Shown: piece by piece, positions 9,080 through 20,120 of the stretch
Layout: the number at the start of each line of letters is the position of its first letter
Numbering within the stretch: position 1 is the first letter of the stretch
NCBI GenBank assembly: GCA_963850305.1
Contig: CAWKKR010000007.1
Coordinates: 512,001 to 576,000, forward strand
Direction: 5' to 3'
From: an uncultured delta proteobacterium
GTDB lineage: Bacteria > Myxococcota_A > Polyangia > Polyangiales > Polyangiaceae
DNA: 64,000 nt
Made by a program: the position numbers and the translations under genes
The notes under the pieces: generated by a model
Told to the model about the DNA's origin: nothing
Databases searched by the model: none
What the model saw: the letters and a program-made list of their open reading frames with translations, nothing else

Positions 9080-10381
9080 ATGCACGCGATCAGCAAATAT
9101 CTCGCACGGTGGACGGAGCCGGAGGCGGCGTTTGCGTCGAAGATCGAAGGCCCGTACGCGCGGACACTCGTGGTCCCGGCGTGTCGCGAAGTCGGGTCGC
9201 TACTCGACGGTTACGCGGACGCGACGACTGCGGCCTCGGGGCGAACTCTCGTCATCCTCGTCGTCAATGGACCGGACGATGGCGAGGGTGCGGCAGAAAA
9301 CGCGGCGCTGCTCGACGCAGTGCGTGCTCGCGCAACGGGTGCCCGTGACATCGCGGTCGAAGGTTGCCGCGGCTTTGCGGGTTCGCACACGTCGAGCTGC
9401 GACGTCCTCGTCGTCGACCGAGCGTCGCCCGGCGCTCGTGTCCCGCGGAAGGAGGGTGTCGGGCTCGCACGGAAGATCGGCGCAGACGTGGCGCTCGCGC
9501 TCCACGCACGCGGGCGCGTGGCATCGCGGTTCATCTTCAACACCGACGCCGACGCGACGCTCCCGGAGTCGTACTTCGACGTCGGGGAGGTGGAGACGTA
9601 CGGGCGCGTCGCGGCTCTCGTATTTCCGTTCTGGCACGACGCAGGCGCCGACACGGAAATCGCGACAGGGACGGCGCTCTACGAGCTCTCGCTCCGGTAC
9701 TACGTCGCGGGGCTCGCGTGGGCGGGCTCGCCGTATGCGTTTCACACACTCGGCAGCGCGACCGCCGTCAGTGTGGAAGCGTACGCCGCGGTCCGTGGCT
9801 TCCCGAAGCGCGCCGCCGCCGAGGACTTTTACCTTCTGAACAAGGTCGCGAAGGTCGGGAGCGTGGTGCGAACGACGGGGCCGACGATCCGGTTGCGCTC
9901 GCGGTCCTCGGATCGGACCCCCTTCGGAACCGGCGCGAGCCTGACGAGCGCCCGTGAGCGCTTCTTCTATCCGCCCGAGTGCTTCTCGGCGCTGAAGACC
10001 GTCCTCACGACCCTCACGTCGTTCGCGACGCACGGATCCGTGGAGCGATTGTTCATCGACCTGCGTGAGCTCGGCCCTCGGGTGAGCGACGCCGTGCTCG
10101 ACGTGTTCGAGCAATTCGACGGACGCGACGCCCTCGCCGCGGTGAGCCGTGAAGTGGACGACGTCGCCGCACGACTCGAGCGCGTGCATGTCTGGTTCGA
10201 TGCGTTCCGCACGCTGAAGGCCATCCACACCGTCCGCGCAATCGTGCCGCCGAACGAATCTTGGAAGGACACCCTCGAACGCGCGCCGTTCGCGCCGAAG
10301 ACCGCGTCGGGCTCGGACGTCGACGAGCTGCGAAGGGCGTTCATGGTCGAGCGCAGCTACGAAGACTCCAAAAGGCAGTGA
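9080..10381 (+). CDS. Glycosyltransferase family 2-like (GT-A fold) protein
   Basis: LVVPACRE, GVGLARKIGAD, DxD motif TDADA, AYAAVRGFP, EDFYLL. Confidence 0.65.
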   Translation: MHAISKYLARWTEPEAAFASKIEGPYARTLVVPACREVGSLLDGYADATTAASGRTLVILVVNGPDDGEGAAENAALLDAVRARATGARDIAVEGCRGFAGSHTSSCDVLVVDRASPGARVPRKEGVGLARKIGADVALALHARGRVASRFIFNTDADATLPESYFDVGEVETYGRVAALVFPFWHDAGADTEIATGTALYELSLRYYVAGLAWAGSPYAFHTLGSATAVSVEAYAAVRGFPKRAAAEDFYLLNKVAKVGSVVRTTGPTIRLRSRSSDRTPFGTGASLTSARERFFYPPECFSALKTVLTTLTSFATHGSVERLFIDLRELGPRVSDAVLDVFEQFDGRDALAAVSREVDDVAARLERVHVWFDAFRTLKAIHTVRAIVPPNESWKDTLERAPFAPKTASGSDVDELRRAFMVERSYEDSKRQ

Positions 10382-10497
10382 TCGACTCTCGCCCCTCGAC
10401 CCTCGATGAACGTGCATGCATCGGGACACGCCAGAACCTGGGTCGGTGCCGCTCGGCGAGCACCATAGTCGGAGAAGTCGACGACGTGGCGCCCGAC

Positions 10498-11121
10498 TCA
10501 CCGCGCGTGCGCTCGCAACCGGCGGCCCGCGACGAGTCCGAGCAATGCCGCGATGACGACCCCGCCGAAATGAAACACTGCGACGTGGGGCGCGTCGTGC
10601 GCGGCGGGGCAGCGGAAGTGTAGGTAGGCGTCGGCGCTGAGCGCGGCCCACGCGGCAAACGCGGCCACGGTCCGCACGGGCGGCGGCGCGCGTCCCGAAA
10701 TCGCTCGCGAGGCCAGGAACCCAATCGGTACGATCGCGGCGCCAAGCTCGATCAGAATGCACTCGATGCCGACGCGCGCCACGAGCCCGCCGCCCTCGGT
10801 GTCGAACCACGCCGCGAGCGCGGCGACGAGGATTGCGATCCACGCGGACGGCGGCCCCGACGGACGGCGGGCGGCCTCGGCGGCGGCCTGCTGCGCGTCC
10901 TCTTCGGCGACCACGGCACGGCGTACGCGTTCGAGCACCGCCGGCGTCGGGGGTTCGACCGGAAGGGCAGCGTCGATGAGGAAGCAGAGCTCCTTTCCCT
11001 CCGCAAGGGCTCGGGCGCAGTCGTCACACGTGGCCGCGTGTTCGTACGCGGCGATCCGTTCGGGATCGGTCTCGCGCAAGGCGGCGATGCCCGCGGCTTG
11101 GTCCCGGACGTGCGCGATCAT
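10498..11121 (-). CDS. Anti-sigma factor (ZAS zinc finger plus NrsF/DUF1109-like membrane domain)
   Basis: HAATCDDC (HxxxCxxC); TM helices; LHFRCP...HVAVFH; ATGA overlap with the sigma gene. Confidence 0.7.
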   Translation of the reverse strand: MIAHVRDQAAGIAALRETDPERIAAYEHAATCDDCARALAEGKELCFLIDAALPVEPPTPAVLERVRRAVVAEEDAQQAAAEAARRPSGPPSAWIAILVAALAAWFDTEGGGLVARVGIECILIELGAAIVPIGFLASRAISGRAPPPVRTVAAFAAWAALSADAYLHFRCPAAHDAPHVAVFHFGGVVIAALLGLVAGRRLRAHAR

Positions 11122-11726
11122 GCGGGTTTCCCTCCCGCCCCTTCGACGGCAATGCCGAGTGACGCCGAGAGCTCTTGCCGGAGGGTCTCGTAGGCGCGGA
11201 AAGCGTGCTGGCGGACGGCGCCCGGGCTGGTGTCGAGCGCCTTCGCTATCTCGGCGAAGGTCAGTCCCTCGTATCGGTGAAGGTGGAGAATCGTGCGCTG
11301 AGTGTCGGGGAGGGCAGCAATGGCGGCGCGTACGGTGTCGCGCCGCTCGGCGGACGCTTCCCGGCTCTTTGCGCGTGCAAAGGCGTCCGATTCGTCGGCA
11401 GCGGCGATTGCGTCTTCACCCGTGTCTTCGGCCAGGCGTTTCCGCTTTCGCCATTCGTCACGGCGCACGTGCCCCGCGACCGTGAAGAGCCAGGGTCGAA
11501 GGGGCAGGTCCGGCCGGTATGTGTCTCGAGCTCGGTGCACTTTCAGGAACGTGATCTGCAGCAGCTCGTCGGCGACACTGGCGTCACGGAACGAACGCAG
11601 GAAAAACGCATGGACCCGAGGTGCGAGGATGGCGAACAGTTTGTCGAAAGCCCGGCGATCCCCGGCGACGTAGGCCGCCATCAGCGACTCCTCGCTTTCT
11701 GGGTCCGAGAGGCCACTACGCGCCAT
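11118..11726 (-). CDS. ECF RNA polymerase sigma factor
   Basis: GDRRAFDKLF, DELLQITFLKVH, PWLFTVA; region 4 ALPDTQR...EGLTFAEIA. Confidence 0.9.
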   Translation of the reverse strand: MARSGLSDPESEESLMAAYVAGDRRAFDKLFAILAPRVHAFFLRSFRDASVADELLQITFLKVHRARDTYRPDLPLRPWLFTVAGHVRRDEWRKRKRLAEDTGEDAIAAADESDAFARAKSREASAERRDTVRAAIAALPDTQRTILHLHRYEGLTFAEIAKALDTSPGAVRQHAFRAYETLRQELSASLGIAVEGAGGKPA

Positions 11727-11783
11727 TCGCGCCGAAAGTTACGCCGAGGCTCCGCGGGTGGCTACGCCCGCGATCGAATACGT

Positions 11784-12590
11784 TCACCCCGCGGTGGGCG
11801 CGGCCGGGGCCGGCGAGGCGTCGCTCGCCGCGGGACCGTCGACGAGCAGCCGATCAACGGTGAACGGGGCGTAGTAATTGCCGTGGCCCACCCAGCCGAC
11901 CACGACGACCTCCACCGGGGCCGGAACTCGAGCGTCGTAGGAGAGGGTCACCTCGAACCCCGTCTTCTCCTTCGGCATGGTTCCGAAGTCGGTCTTCACT
12001 TCGGCGTAGAGCACGCGCTTTCCACCCGTCTCCACCAGCATTGCGTCCACGCTCGGTGCCATCGGAACGCCGAAGTCCACCGGCGTCAGGTACGTCACGT
12101 AGACGCGCCCGCTCTGCTCTCTGAAGGCCATCCGGCCCTTCGTGTCGCGCAAGGAGACGACACTGGAAAACGTCACCGGCGCGATCTGCTTGTACTCGAG
12201 GCGGTGGATCGGCAAATCGCGGTCGAGCGCCTCGCTCTCGCCGTGCTCCAGGAGGCCGTACCAGAGCCAGCCGCGCGCCGCCGCGCGGACGTGTCCAGGG
12301 ATCGGGTCCCAGGGGGACACGACGGTCTCCATGTGAATGGGACGCGACTCTGCCGTCCATTCAATCGCGCTCGCGAGCGGGTCGTCCGCGAAGCGCGTCC
12401 GGCCGTGGCATTCGAGAATCCAGTTCGTCCCGGCGGCCACGGGGGGCCGCAGCTCGAAACGCAACACGTCCCCGACGTGCCCATCCACCGCATCCGGCAC
12501 GACCAGCGCTGTCCCGAACGCCGAGTGCTGTTGCACGTTGGTCATGCAGGCCACGCAGGAAACGAGAGTGGCGGTCAGGAGCCGGCGCAT
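11784..12590 (-). CDS. Hypothetical exported protein/lipoprotein
   Basis: Lipobox-like MRRLLTATLVSCVAC; GC3-rich codons. Confidence 0.6.
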   Translation of the reverse strand: MRRLLTATLVSCVACMTNVQQHSAFGTALVVPDAVDGHVGDVLRFELRPPVAAGTNWILECHGRTRFADDPLASAIEWTAESRPIHMETVVSPWDPIPGHVRAAARGWLWYGLLEHGESEALDRDLPIHRLEYKQIAPVTFSSVVSLRDTKGRMAFREQSGRVYVTYLTPVDFGVPMAPSVDAMLVETGGKRVLYAEVKTDFGTMPKEKTGFEVTLSYDARVPAPVEVVVVGWVGHGNYYAPFTVDRLLVDGPAASDASPAPAAPTAG

Positions 12591-12650
12591 GAGTTTTCGG
12601 GACGCTAGCCTAGAGCCCCGGCGGGTCCGGCAGCAACGGGGGTTCCTTGT

Positions 12651-12786
12651 GCTAGTAACGAAGGGAGGGTCTTGGCCTCCCGCGGCTTTGCTTCGCAACC
12701 GCTCCCCCCGCCGCCTTCGGCGGGCTCGCGTAGTTCCGTGCCTCTTTGATCCATCGGGGACGACGGCGGCGTCGATGCGGAACTAC
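12651..12786 (-). repeat. Dispersed REPIN-like structured repeat, copy A
   Basis: Reverse complement reads GTAGTTCCGCATCGACG..CGTCGTCCCCGATGGATCAAAGAGGCACGGAACTAC plus tail hairpins; homologous to 24282-24361 and 28926-29075. Confidence 0.8.
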
Positions 12787-12808
12787 TTTCTGGCGCGTTA
12801 CAACGGAA

Positions 12809-15800
12809 ATGCTCGAAATGGACGAAACGGCCCCCACGTCGCAGGCGCTCTCGGCGTTTCATCCAGCCGTTCGCGGCTGGTTCGAAGCGCACGTCGGGAC
12901 GCCGACCACGCCCCAGGAGCACGGGTGGCCTCACATCGTCGCCGGCGAAAATACGCTCATCGCCGCTCCCACCGGGTCCGGCAAGACCCTCGCGGCGTTC
13001 CTCGCGGCGATCGATGAGCTCGTTCGCGACGGCGTGAACGACCCTCTGCCGGACGAGACGCGGGTCGTCTACGTGTCGCCGCTCAAGGCGCTCAGCAACG
13101 ACATCCAGCGGAATCTGGAGGCGCCACTCGCTGGAATCGCGACCGAACTCGAGGCGCTTGGCCTGCCGCGCGTCGACATCCGGACGATGGTCCGGAGCGG
13201 TGACACCCACAGTCGAGACCGCGCGCGGATGACGTCGCGTCCGCCACACGTCGTGGTCACGACGCCGGAATCCCTCTACATCTTGCTCACGAGCGAGGGG
13301 GGCCGAAAACTCCTCCGGACGGTCCGGTCCGTCATCGTCGACGAGATTCACGCTCTCGTCGGCGACAAGAGGGGATCCCATCTCGCGCTTTCACTGGCAC
13401 GGCTCGACGCCCTTGCCGGGAAGGCTGTCCAGCGCATTGGTCTCAGCGCGACGCAACGCCCGATCGATCGCGTCGCTCGGTTCCTTGTCGGCGCGGATCG
13501 AGCCGGCGCCGACAGACTCTGCGCGATCGTCGATTCTGGACACATCCGTCCGCGTGATCTGGCGATCGAACTGCCGCGCTCGCCGCTCGAAGCCGTGATG
13601 GCGGGCGAGGTGTGGGAGGAGATTTACGCGCGCATGGTCGAGCTCATAAAGGAGCACCGGACGACGCTGATCTTCGTGAATACCCGCCGCCTCGCGGAGC
13701 GTATGACCCGGAGGCTCGGAGAGCTACTCGGTGCCGATCAGGTCACTTCGCACCACGGCAGTCTCTCTCGCGAACAGCGGTTCCGCGCCGAGCAGCGACT
13801 GAAGTCTGGCGAGCTTCGCGCCCTCGTCGCGACGGCCTCGCTCGAGCTCGGCATCGACGTCGGCAGCGTGGACCTCGTCTGTCAGATGGGTTCGACACGG
13901 TCTATCGCGAGTTTGCTCCAGCGGGTCGGGCGCGCGGGACATTTTCACGGCGGCGTCGCCAAGGGGAGGGTCTTCCCGCTCTCACGCGATGAGCTGGTCG
14001 AGATGCTCGCGCTCCTCGAAGCGGTCGGTCGCGGCGAGCTCGACCGCGTTTCCGTGCCCGAGGCGCCGCTCGACATCCTCGCCCAGCAGATCGTCGCGGC
14101 CACCGCCTGCGAAGAATGGGATGAAGACGCCCTCTTCGCGGTTCTCCGGACCGCCGATCCGTATCGCGCCGTCGACCGCTCGGCGTTCGATGCGCTGGTC
14201 CGCATGCTCGCCGAGGGGTTCAGCACGCGTCGCGGCCGTCGCGGCGCGCGTATTCATCACGATGGCACGCACGGCAAGCTCCGCGCGCGCCGTGGGTCGC
14301 GACTCACCGCGATCACGAGCGGCGGCGCGATCCCCGACATGGCCGATTATGACGTCATCGCCGATCCGGCGGGCTTGCGGGTCGGCTCGATCAACGAAGA
14401 CTTTGCGATCGAGAGCATGGCCGGCGACGTGTTCCAGCTCGGCAACGCCTCGTGGCGCATTCTCAAGGTGGAGCCGAGCGTCGTCCGGGTGGAAGATGCC
14501 CGCGGCCAACCGCCGTCCATCCCTTTCTGGCTGGGCGAAGCCCCCGGACGCACGCACGAGCTCTCGGTGGCGGTCTCGGAGTTCCGCTGCTCGGTCGAGG
14601 CGCGTCTCGGCGCGGTACCCGGAGACATCGAAGGGACGGTCGCGTGGCTTTCGGAGAGGCCCGGCGTCACGATCGCAGCGGCGCGCCAGGCCGTGGAATA
14701 CCTCGCTGCGGGCCGCGTCGCGCTGGGCGTGATTCCGTCGCGCGACACCCTCGTCCTCGAGCGGTTCTTCGACGACAGCGGCGGCATGCAGCTCGTCGTG
14801 CATTCGCTCTTCGGCAATCGCATCAATCGCGCGTGGGGCCTCGCGCTACGAAAGCGATTCTGTCAGCGCTTCGATTTCGAGCTCCAGGCCGCCGCGACCG
14901 ACGATGCGATCGTGCTTTCGCTCGGCCCGACGCACAGTTTTCCGCTCGAGGAAGTGTTCGAGTACCTTCGCGCGGAGTCGGTCCGCGAGCTCATCATCCA
15001 GGCGGCGCTCGTTGCGCCGATGTTCAAGTCGCGCTGGCGCTGGAACGCGACGCGCGCGCTCGCCGTCGTCCGCTGGCGCGCCGGAAAACGAGTGCCGCCA
15101 CGGTTTCAGCGTATGGACGCGGACGACCTCGTGGCCGTCGTATTCCCGGACCAGGTGGCGTGTCAGGACAACCTGCCCGGAGCGCGCGAAGTGCCGGACC
15201 ATCCGCTGGTCAAGCAGACGATCGACGATTGCCTCGTCGAGGCGATGGACATTCACGGGTTCGAGGCGCTTCTGCGCGACATTGCAGGCGGGCGGAAGAA
15301 CCTCGTCGCCAAAGACACGACAGAGCCGTCTCCGTTCGCGCAGGAGATCCTCACCGCGCGTCCATACGCGTTTCTCGACGACGCACCGCTCGAGGAGCGC
15401 CGCACGCAAGCGGTCTATTCACGTCGCCTTCTCGACGCGCGTTCCGCGTCCGATCTCGGCGCGCTCGACGTTTCGGCGATCGAGCGCGTGCGCGGCGAAG
15501 CGTGGCCCGCGCCGGTGAACGCGGACGAACTCCACGAAGCGCTCGTTCTCCTCGGGTTTCTCACCGACCGAGAGGGGAGAGAGGGGGGTTGGTCCGGATT
15601 TTTCGACGAGCTGTGCGCCGGCGGACGCGCCACGTCTGTGAGCCTCGACTCGCGCAGAGCGCTCTGGGTCGCGGCCGATAGACTTCCGGAGGTCGTCGCC
15701 GCGTTTTCCGTGGAGCCGTCCTTCGGCTCGGCCTTCCACACGACACCCGAGATTCGAGCCGCCTCGCAGCGCCGCCGCGCGAACGTGGGACCCGGAAGCG

Positions 15801-17183
15801 GCGCTCGTCGAGATCGTGCGTGGCCGACTCGAGTCGGTCGGTCCGACCACGACACCGGCGCTCGTCGCGTCGAGCGGCGTCTCCGCCGCTCGCATGGACG
15901 TCGCGCTTGCGGCGTTGGAGTCGGAAGGCTTCGTCCTGCGCGGCCGATTCACGCCGGGCGTCGCGGAGCGCGAGTGGTGCGAGCGGCGCCTCCTCGCGCG
16001 CATCCATCGGTACACGCTCGGCCGATTGCGGAGCGAAATCGAGCCCGTATCGCAGACCGACTACGTGCGGTTTCTCCTTCGATGGCAGCGCGTGTCCGCC
16101 GACACGAAGATGCGTGGTCCCGAGAGCGTCGCGGCCGTCCTCGCGCAGCTCGAAGGGTTCGAGGTCCCGGCGCATGCCTGGGAGTCGGAGATTCTCCCGT
16201 CCCGCATCGCGGACTATTCGTCGGCGTGGCTCGACGCGCTCTGCCTGTCGGGACGCTTCACGTGGTTCCGGCGATCGCTCGCCGCGCGCGCGGGCCGTGC
16301 GTCGGGGCCAGTTCGCAACTCGCCCGTCGCGCTCGTTGCGCGAGCGAACGCCGTTGCGTGGCACGGAGCGGCGTCCGCGGAAGCTCTCGATTTCGGCCCG
16401 GCGGCGGCCAGGGTGCGCGCGGAGCTCGAGCGACGCGGTGCGACTTTCTTCGACGATCTGGTGACCGGCACGCGGCTGATCCGCACCGAGGTCGAACAAG
16501 GTCTCGGGGAGCTCGTGACCCACGGACGGGTCACCTCGGATGCGTTTGCCGGCCTGCGGTCGTTGGTCACTCCGGCCGCCGAGCGTGCACGCGGCCCGTC
16601 ACGCCGCCGCGGCGCGCGTCCCGTCTTCGGGATGGGCGGCGCCGGAAGGTGGTCGCTGCTCGACACCGCGAAACGGGTCGACGTGGATGCGGCCGACCTC
16701 GAATGCGTCGCGCGGGCATTGCTTCGTCGCTATGGCGTGGTCTTCCGGAAGATACTGGAGCGCGAGACGGAGCTCCCGCCGTTCCGCGATTTGCTGCGGG
16801 TTTACCGGCGTCTGGAGGCGAGCGGAGAGTTGCGGGGAGGGCGCTTCGTCGCAGGCTTCTCGGGCGAGCAGTACGCTTTACCCGAAGCCGTCGAAGCTCT
16901 ACGCGCAGCCAGGCGCGACCAGGCGTCGGGCGCGCTCGTGGCCGTGTGCGCTGCGGATCCGCTGAACGTCGTCGGCGTCGTCACGCCGGGCGAGCGCATT
17001 CCGGCGATCGCGTCCAATCGCGTCCTTTATCGCGACGGCTTACCCGTCGCGCGGAAGATTGGCGCCCGCGTCGAGTTCCTGAATGGCGCGGAACCTCCAG
17101 AACGCTGGGCGCTCGAGACGGCGCTCGTCCGCCGCCCCACGCCCGAGCGCGAACACGACCGCGAACGCGCGGTCACCACGTGA
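12809..17183 (+). CDS. lhr: Lhr-family ATP-dependent SF2 helicase with a +1 frameshift near 15753 (pseudogene or sequence error)
   Basis: [39 protein letters not shown]. The C-terminal Lhr part ([34 protein letters not shown]) continues in the frame of 15816..17183. Confidence 0.85.
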
Positions 17184-17217
17184 CCGCGCCCATCCGAGCG
17201 ATGTAGACTGCTCGTCC

Positions 17218-18831
17218 ATGTCGGGCGAGTCGCTCAGCCTCCGCAGCCAGTGGATCCTACGGATCGGGATCCTCCTTGCCGTCGCCGCAGTCGTCTTCTG
17301 GACCCTCTACAGCCTGGATTTCTTCTTCACGGGCAGGCGTTTCGAGGCCACACCGACGAACCCGCTCACGCACTATCTGAATTTCGACCCGGGGAGCATC
17401 TCGGACGCCATCAGTTCACTCGCAGGCAACATCGCGGCGATCTTCGGGCTCGTCATCACCGTCGTCAGCATCATCGTGCAGCTTTCGGCCGATCGGTACA
17501 CGGGCGTGACGCGGATGTTCTTCCGCGATCGGCTGAACATCGGCGTGATGGCGTACTACCTCGTCGTCTGCATCTACGCAGTGTGGCTCAGCATGTCGCT
17601 GCAGCACGACTACGTACCCCGCGCGGTGATCGTGACGATGCTGGGCGCCACGACGACCGGGCTGCTCCTGATGCCACCCTACTTCGGCTACGTGTTCTGG
17701 TTTCTCGAGCCGACGACCATCATTCACCGTATCCGTAGCGACGCGGTCAAGACGGCCGGAAAGGGAGCGCTCGAATCGAATCGTGCAGCGTGTTTCGAGG
17801 CTCAGGCCACGACGCTCAACGCGATGGAGGAGTTGACGGATATCACGAGCAACTCGATTTCCGGCAAGGACAAGATCATCGCGAGCGGCGCCGTGGACGC
17901 GCTAAAGGATTTTGCGCTCGAGTACTTGAAGGTGAAGGCGCGAGCGACGAAAGACTGGTTTTCGATCGGCGCGGGCATCCGTGAGAACCCCGATTTCGTC
18001 GCCATGGATCCCGAGTCGATCGAGGACCTCGAGGAGCGTCGAACCTGGGTAGAGTGGAAGGTGATGCGGCAGTACCTGGGGATCTACAACGAGGCCCTGG
18101 CGACGATGCGCGACATCAACTACCTCATCGCCATCGACACGCGGTACATCGGAGAAGCGGCGATCCACGCGCGTGACCGGGAGCTCTTGAGCCTCGTGTA
18201 CCGGTACATGAACTCGTACCTTCGCGTGACGCTGAACGCGCGGGACGTTCGAACGGCGTACAACGTCCTCCATCAGTATCGCCTGCTCGTCGAGACGATG
18301 CTCCGGAACGACCACGGCGAAGCGGCTCTCGAGGGCGTGAAGTACATGAAGTACTACGCGCACGTCAGCTTCGACATGAAGCTGACGTTCGTGACGGAAA
18401 CCGTGGCTTACGACGTTTCGACGCTGTGTGAAGTCGCGAATCGAGTCGGAGCCCGCGAGGAGCCCGAGATGTTGAAAGAGTTTCTCGAGCTCGATCAGCC
18501 GCTCCTCGCTCGCGGTCAGGAAAAGGGGCTCCTCGGCGTCCGGAAGGCCCAGGTCAAGCTGGCGAGCTATTACTTGCTCACCCAGCAGGAGCCGAAGGCT
18601 CGTCTCATCTGCAAAGACATGGAGGGCGAGCCTCGCGAGCGGCTCCTCGCGATCCGCAAGCAACTCGAGAGCGTCACGAGCAAGGATTTCTGGGAGATCA
18701 TCGATCGCGGCCGGAACTTCGAGTTCATGCCGGTCGAGCAGCGCGAGTGCATGAAGACGTTCTTTTCGTGGCTCTCCCTCGACGCTCCAGCCCCTTCCGC
18801 GAAGCAGTCCACGCGGGCAACCGCCGAGTGA
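17218..18831 (+). CDS. DUF2254-like membrane protein
   Basis: N-terminal TM helices with ITVVSIIVQLSADRYT...FFRD, followed by a helical soluble domain. Confidence 0.6.
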   Translation: MSGESLSLRSQWILRIGILLAVAAVVFWTLYSLDFFFTGRRFEATPTNPLTHYLNFDPGSISDAISSLAGNIAAIFGLVITVVSIIVQLSADRYTGVTRMFFRDRLNIGVMAYYLVVCIYAVWLSMSLQHDYVPRAVIVTMLGATTTGLLLMPPYFGYVFWFLEPTTIIHRIRSDAVKTAGKGALESNRAACFEAQATTLNAMEELTDITSNSISGKDKIIASGAVDALKDFALEYLKVKARATKDWFSIGAGIRENPDFVAMDPESIEDLEERRTWVEWKVMRQYLGIYNEALATMRDINYLIAIDTRYIGEAAIHARDRELLSLVYRYMNSYLRVTLNARDVRTAYNVLHQYRLLVETMLRNDHGEAALEGVKYMKYYAHVSFDMKLTFVTETVAYDVSTLCEVANRVGAREEPEMLKEFLELDQPLLARGQEKGLLGVRKAQVKLASYYLLTQQEPKARLICKDMEGEPRERLLAIRKQLESVTSKDFWEIIDRGRNFEFMPVEQRECMKTFFSWLSLDAPAPSAKQSTRATAE

Positions 18832-18959
18832 GAGTGGGACGGCCGGCAAGGGGTGGTGGCGAGCCCCGCTGCGAACCTTCCCAAAGACTATCGATGAGTT
18901 AAGGTGGGTCGTCCCGGCTTCGTCGGCACCCTCCGTGAGAAGGCCAGTGACGAGGTAGG

Positions 18960-19319
18960 ATGATCTGCTACCTTCCTGCCGTCGTGGAGATGACTCGGGT
19001 CCTCGCAACCGATACCCAGCGCCGCCGTCGCCGCGTTCGCGCCGACCTTAGGGTCGTCGTTGCGCTCCGCAACGGTGACAAGCAACAGGCGCGCGTCGTG
19101 GATCTGAGCATCGGCGGCATGCAGCTCGAGGCAGCTCGTGCTCCCGGGTACGGCGAAAGCGTCACCATAGTCGTGCAGCTGCACGATTCGCATGACTGGT
19201 TCATCATCCCCGCCACGGTGCGCTGGTTCAGTCGGGGCGGCTTCGGTGTGGCCTTCGAGGGTCTGGACAGAAGCCAGGAACTCGCGCTCGCAGCCTTCGT
19301 CAATCAGTCTGCAGCCTGA
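18960..19319 (+). CDS. PilZ domain protein (c-di-GMP receptor); start may be 18990
   Basis: RRRRRR followed by DLSIGG motif; ATVRW...GFGVAF. Confidence 0.85.
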   Translation: MICYLPAVVEMTRVLATDTQRRRRRVRADLRVVVALRNGDKQQARVVDLSIGGMQLEAARAPGYGESVTIVVQLHDSHDWFIIPATVRWFSRGGFGVAFEGLDRSQELALAAFVNQSAA

Positions 19320-19337
19320 AGGACTCCGGCGGCTGCG

Positions 19338-19844
19338 TCAGCCGCCGGTCTCACCGCGCAGGAACGCCCGAAGCCTCGGCACGAGGTTCTGTTGAACGGC
19401 AGAGGGCCCCTTGATCGACCCTTCGATGCGGTGGCTGGACGCGGTTCCGTCCGCGTTGGGCAACGCGATGAGTGGAATCAAATGCGACGAGTAGCCCGCG
19501 GCCGTGAGCGCGTCCCGATCCTCGTCGAGATCGAACTCGACTAGACGGACGCCGTCCAGGAGCTCGTCGAGCTCGCCCGCTTCCACGGCGTGGTGAAACC
19601 GCTGGCATGGCTCGCACCACGTGGCACCGACGTACACGAGGACGCCGCGATGCCGGGACCGCCCGCTCGCTGCCTCCGCCGCAATGAACGGCGCGATCGC
19701 CTCCCCGCCAGTCGGTCCGCGCACGAATACCGGTCTGGTGTGGCTTGGTGCCGGAGCATCCCGTTCCGCCGGAGCGGCCTTCGCGTGTCCACTGTCGCAC
19801 CCGGCGAGCAGCGCACACGCGAGGACGGGCCAGGAGACGTTCAT
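19338..19844 (-). CDS. Thioredoxin-fold lipoprotein
   Basis: Lipobox LLAGC; VYVGATWCEPC. Confidence 0.8.
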   Translation of the reverse strand: MNVSWPVLACALLAGCDSGHAKAAPAERDAPAPSHTRPVFVRGPTGGEAIAPFIAAEAASGRSRHRGVLVYVGATWCEPCQRFHHAVEAGELDELLDGVRLVEFDLDEDRDALTAAGYSSHLIPLIALPNADGTASSHRIEGSIKGPSAVQQNLVPRLRAFLRGETGG

Positions 19845-20053
19845 CGACTGTCCTTCACTCCCGCATCTCTTGGACAGATACACGCCCCGAACCCGCTGAG
19901 GTCGGGCGCGCACACGGCCGAGCCGACGCACCCATCCACGTCCGAGCACGGAATCGTCTGTCCGAGCGTGCATCCGACGCCTCCGGTGGCTTGCGGCGTG
20001 GACGTGCACCCGGAGGCACCAACGCAGCAGATGCCCGCGAGCAATTTGGCCAT
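19841..20053 (-). CDS. Small Cys-rich lipoprotein
   Basis: MAKLLAGICCVGASGC...CTLGQTIPC..GCVGSAVC..FGACIC; stop overlaps the thioredoxin ATG. Confidence 0.55.
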   Translation of the reverse strand: MAKLLAGICCVGASGCTSTPQATGGVGCTLGQTIPCSDVDGCVGSAVCAPDLSGFGACICPRDAGVKDSR

Positions 20054-20120
20054 CACCGCGCTTCGGGCGGCTCTCGTTCTGGCGCTCACCGCCCGGATTC
20101 TAGCGGTCACGCGCGCGATG

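Noticed and set aside
15760..17206. C-terminal ~480 aa of the 1486-aa ORF 12746..17206
   Set aside because: Arg-rich off-frame translation after the frameshift; the real Lhr C-terminus is in ORF 15816..17183.
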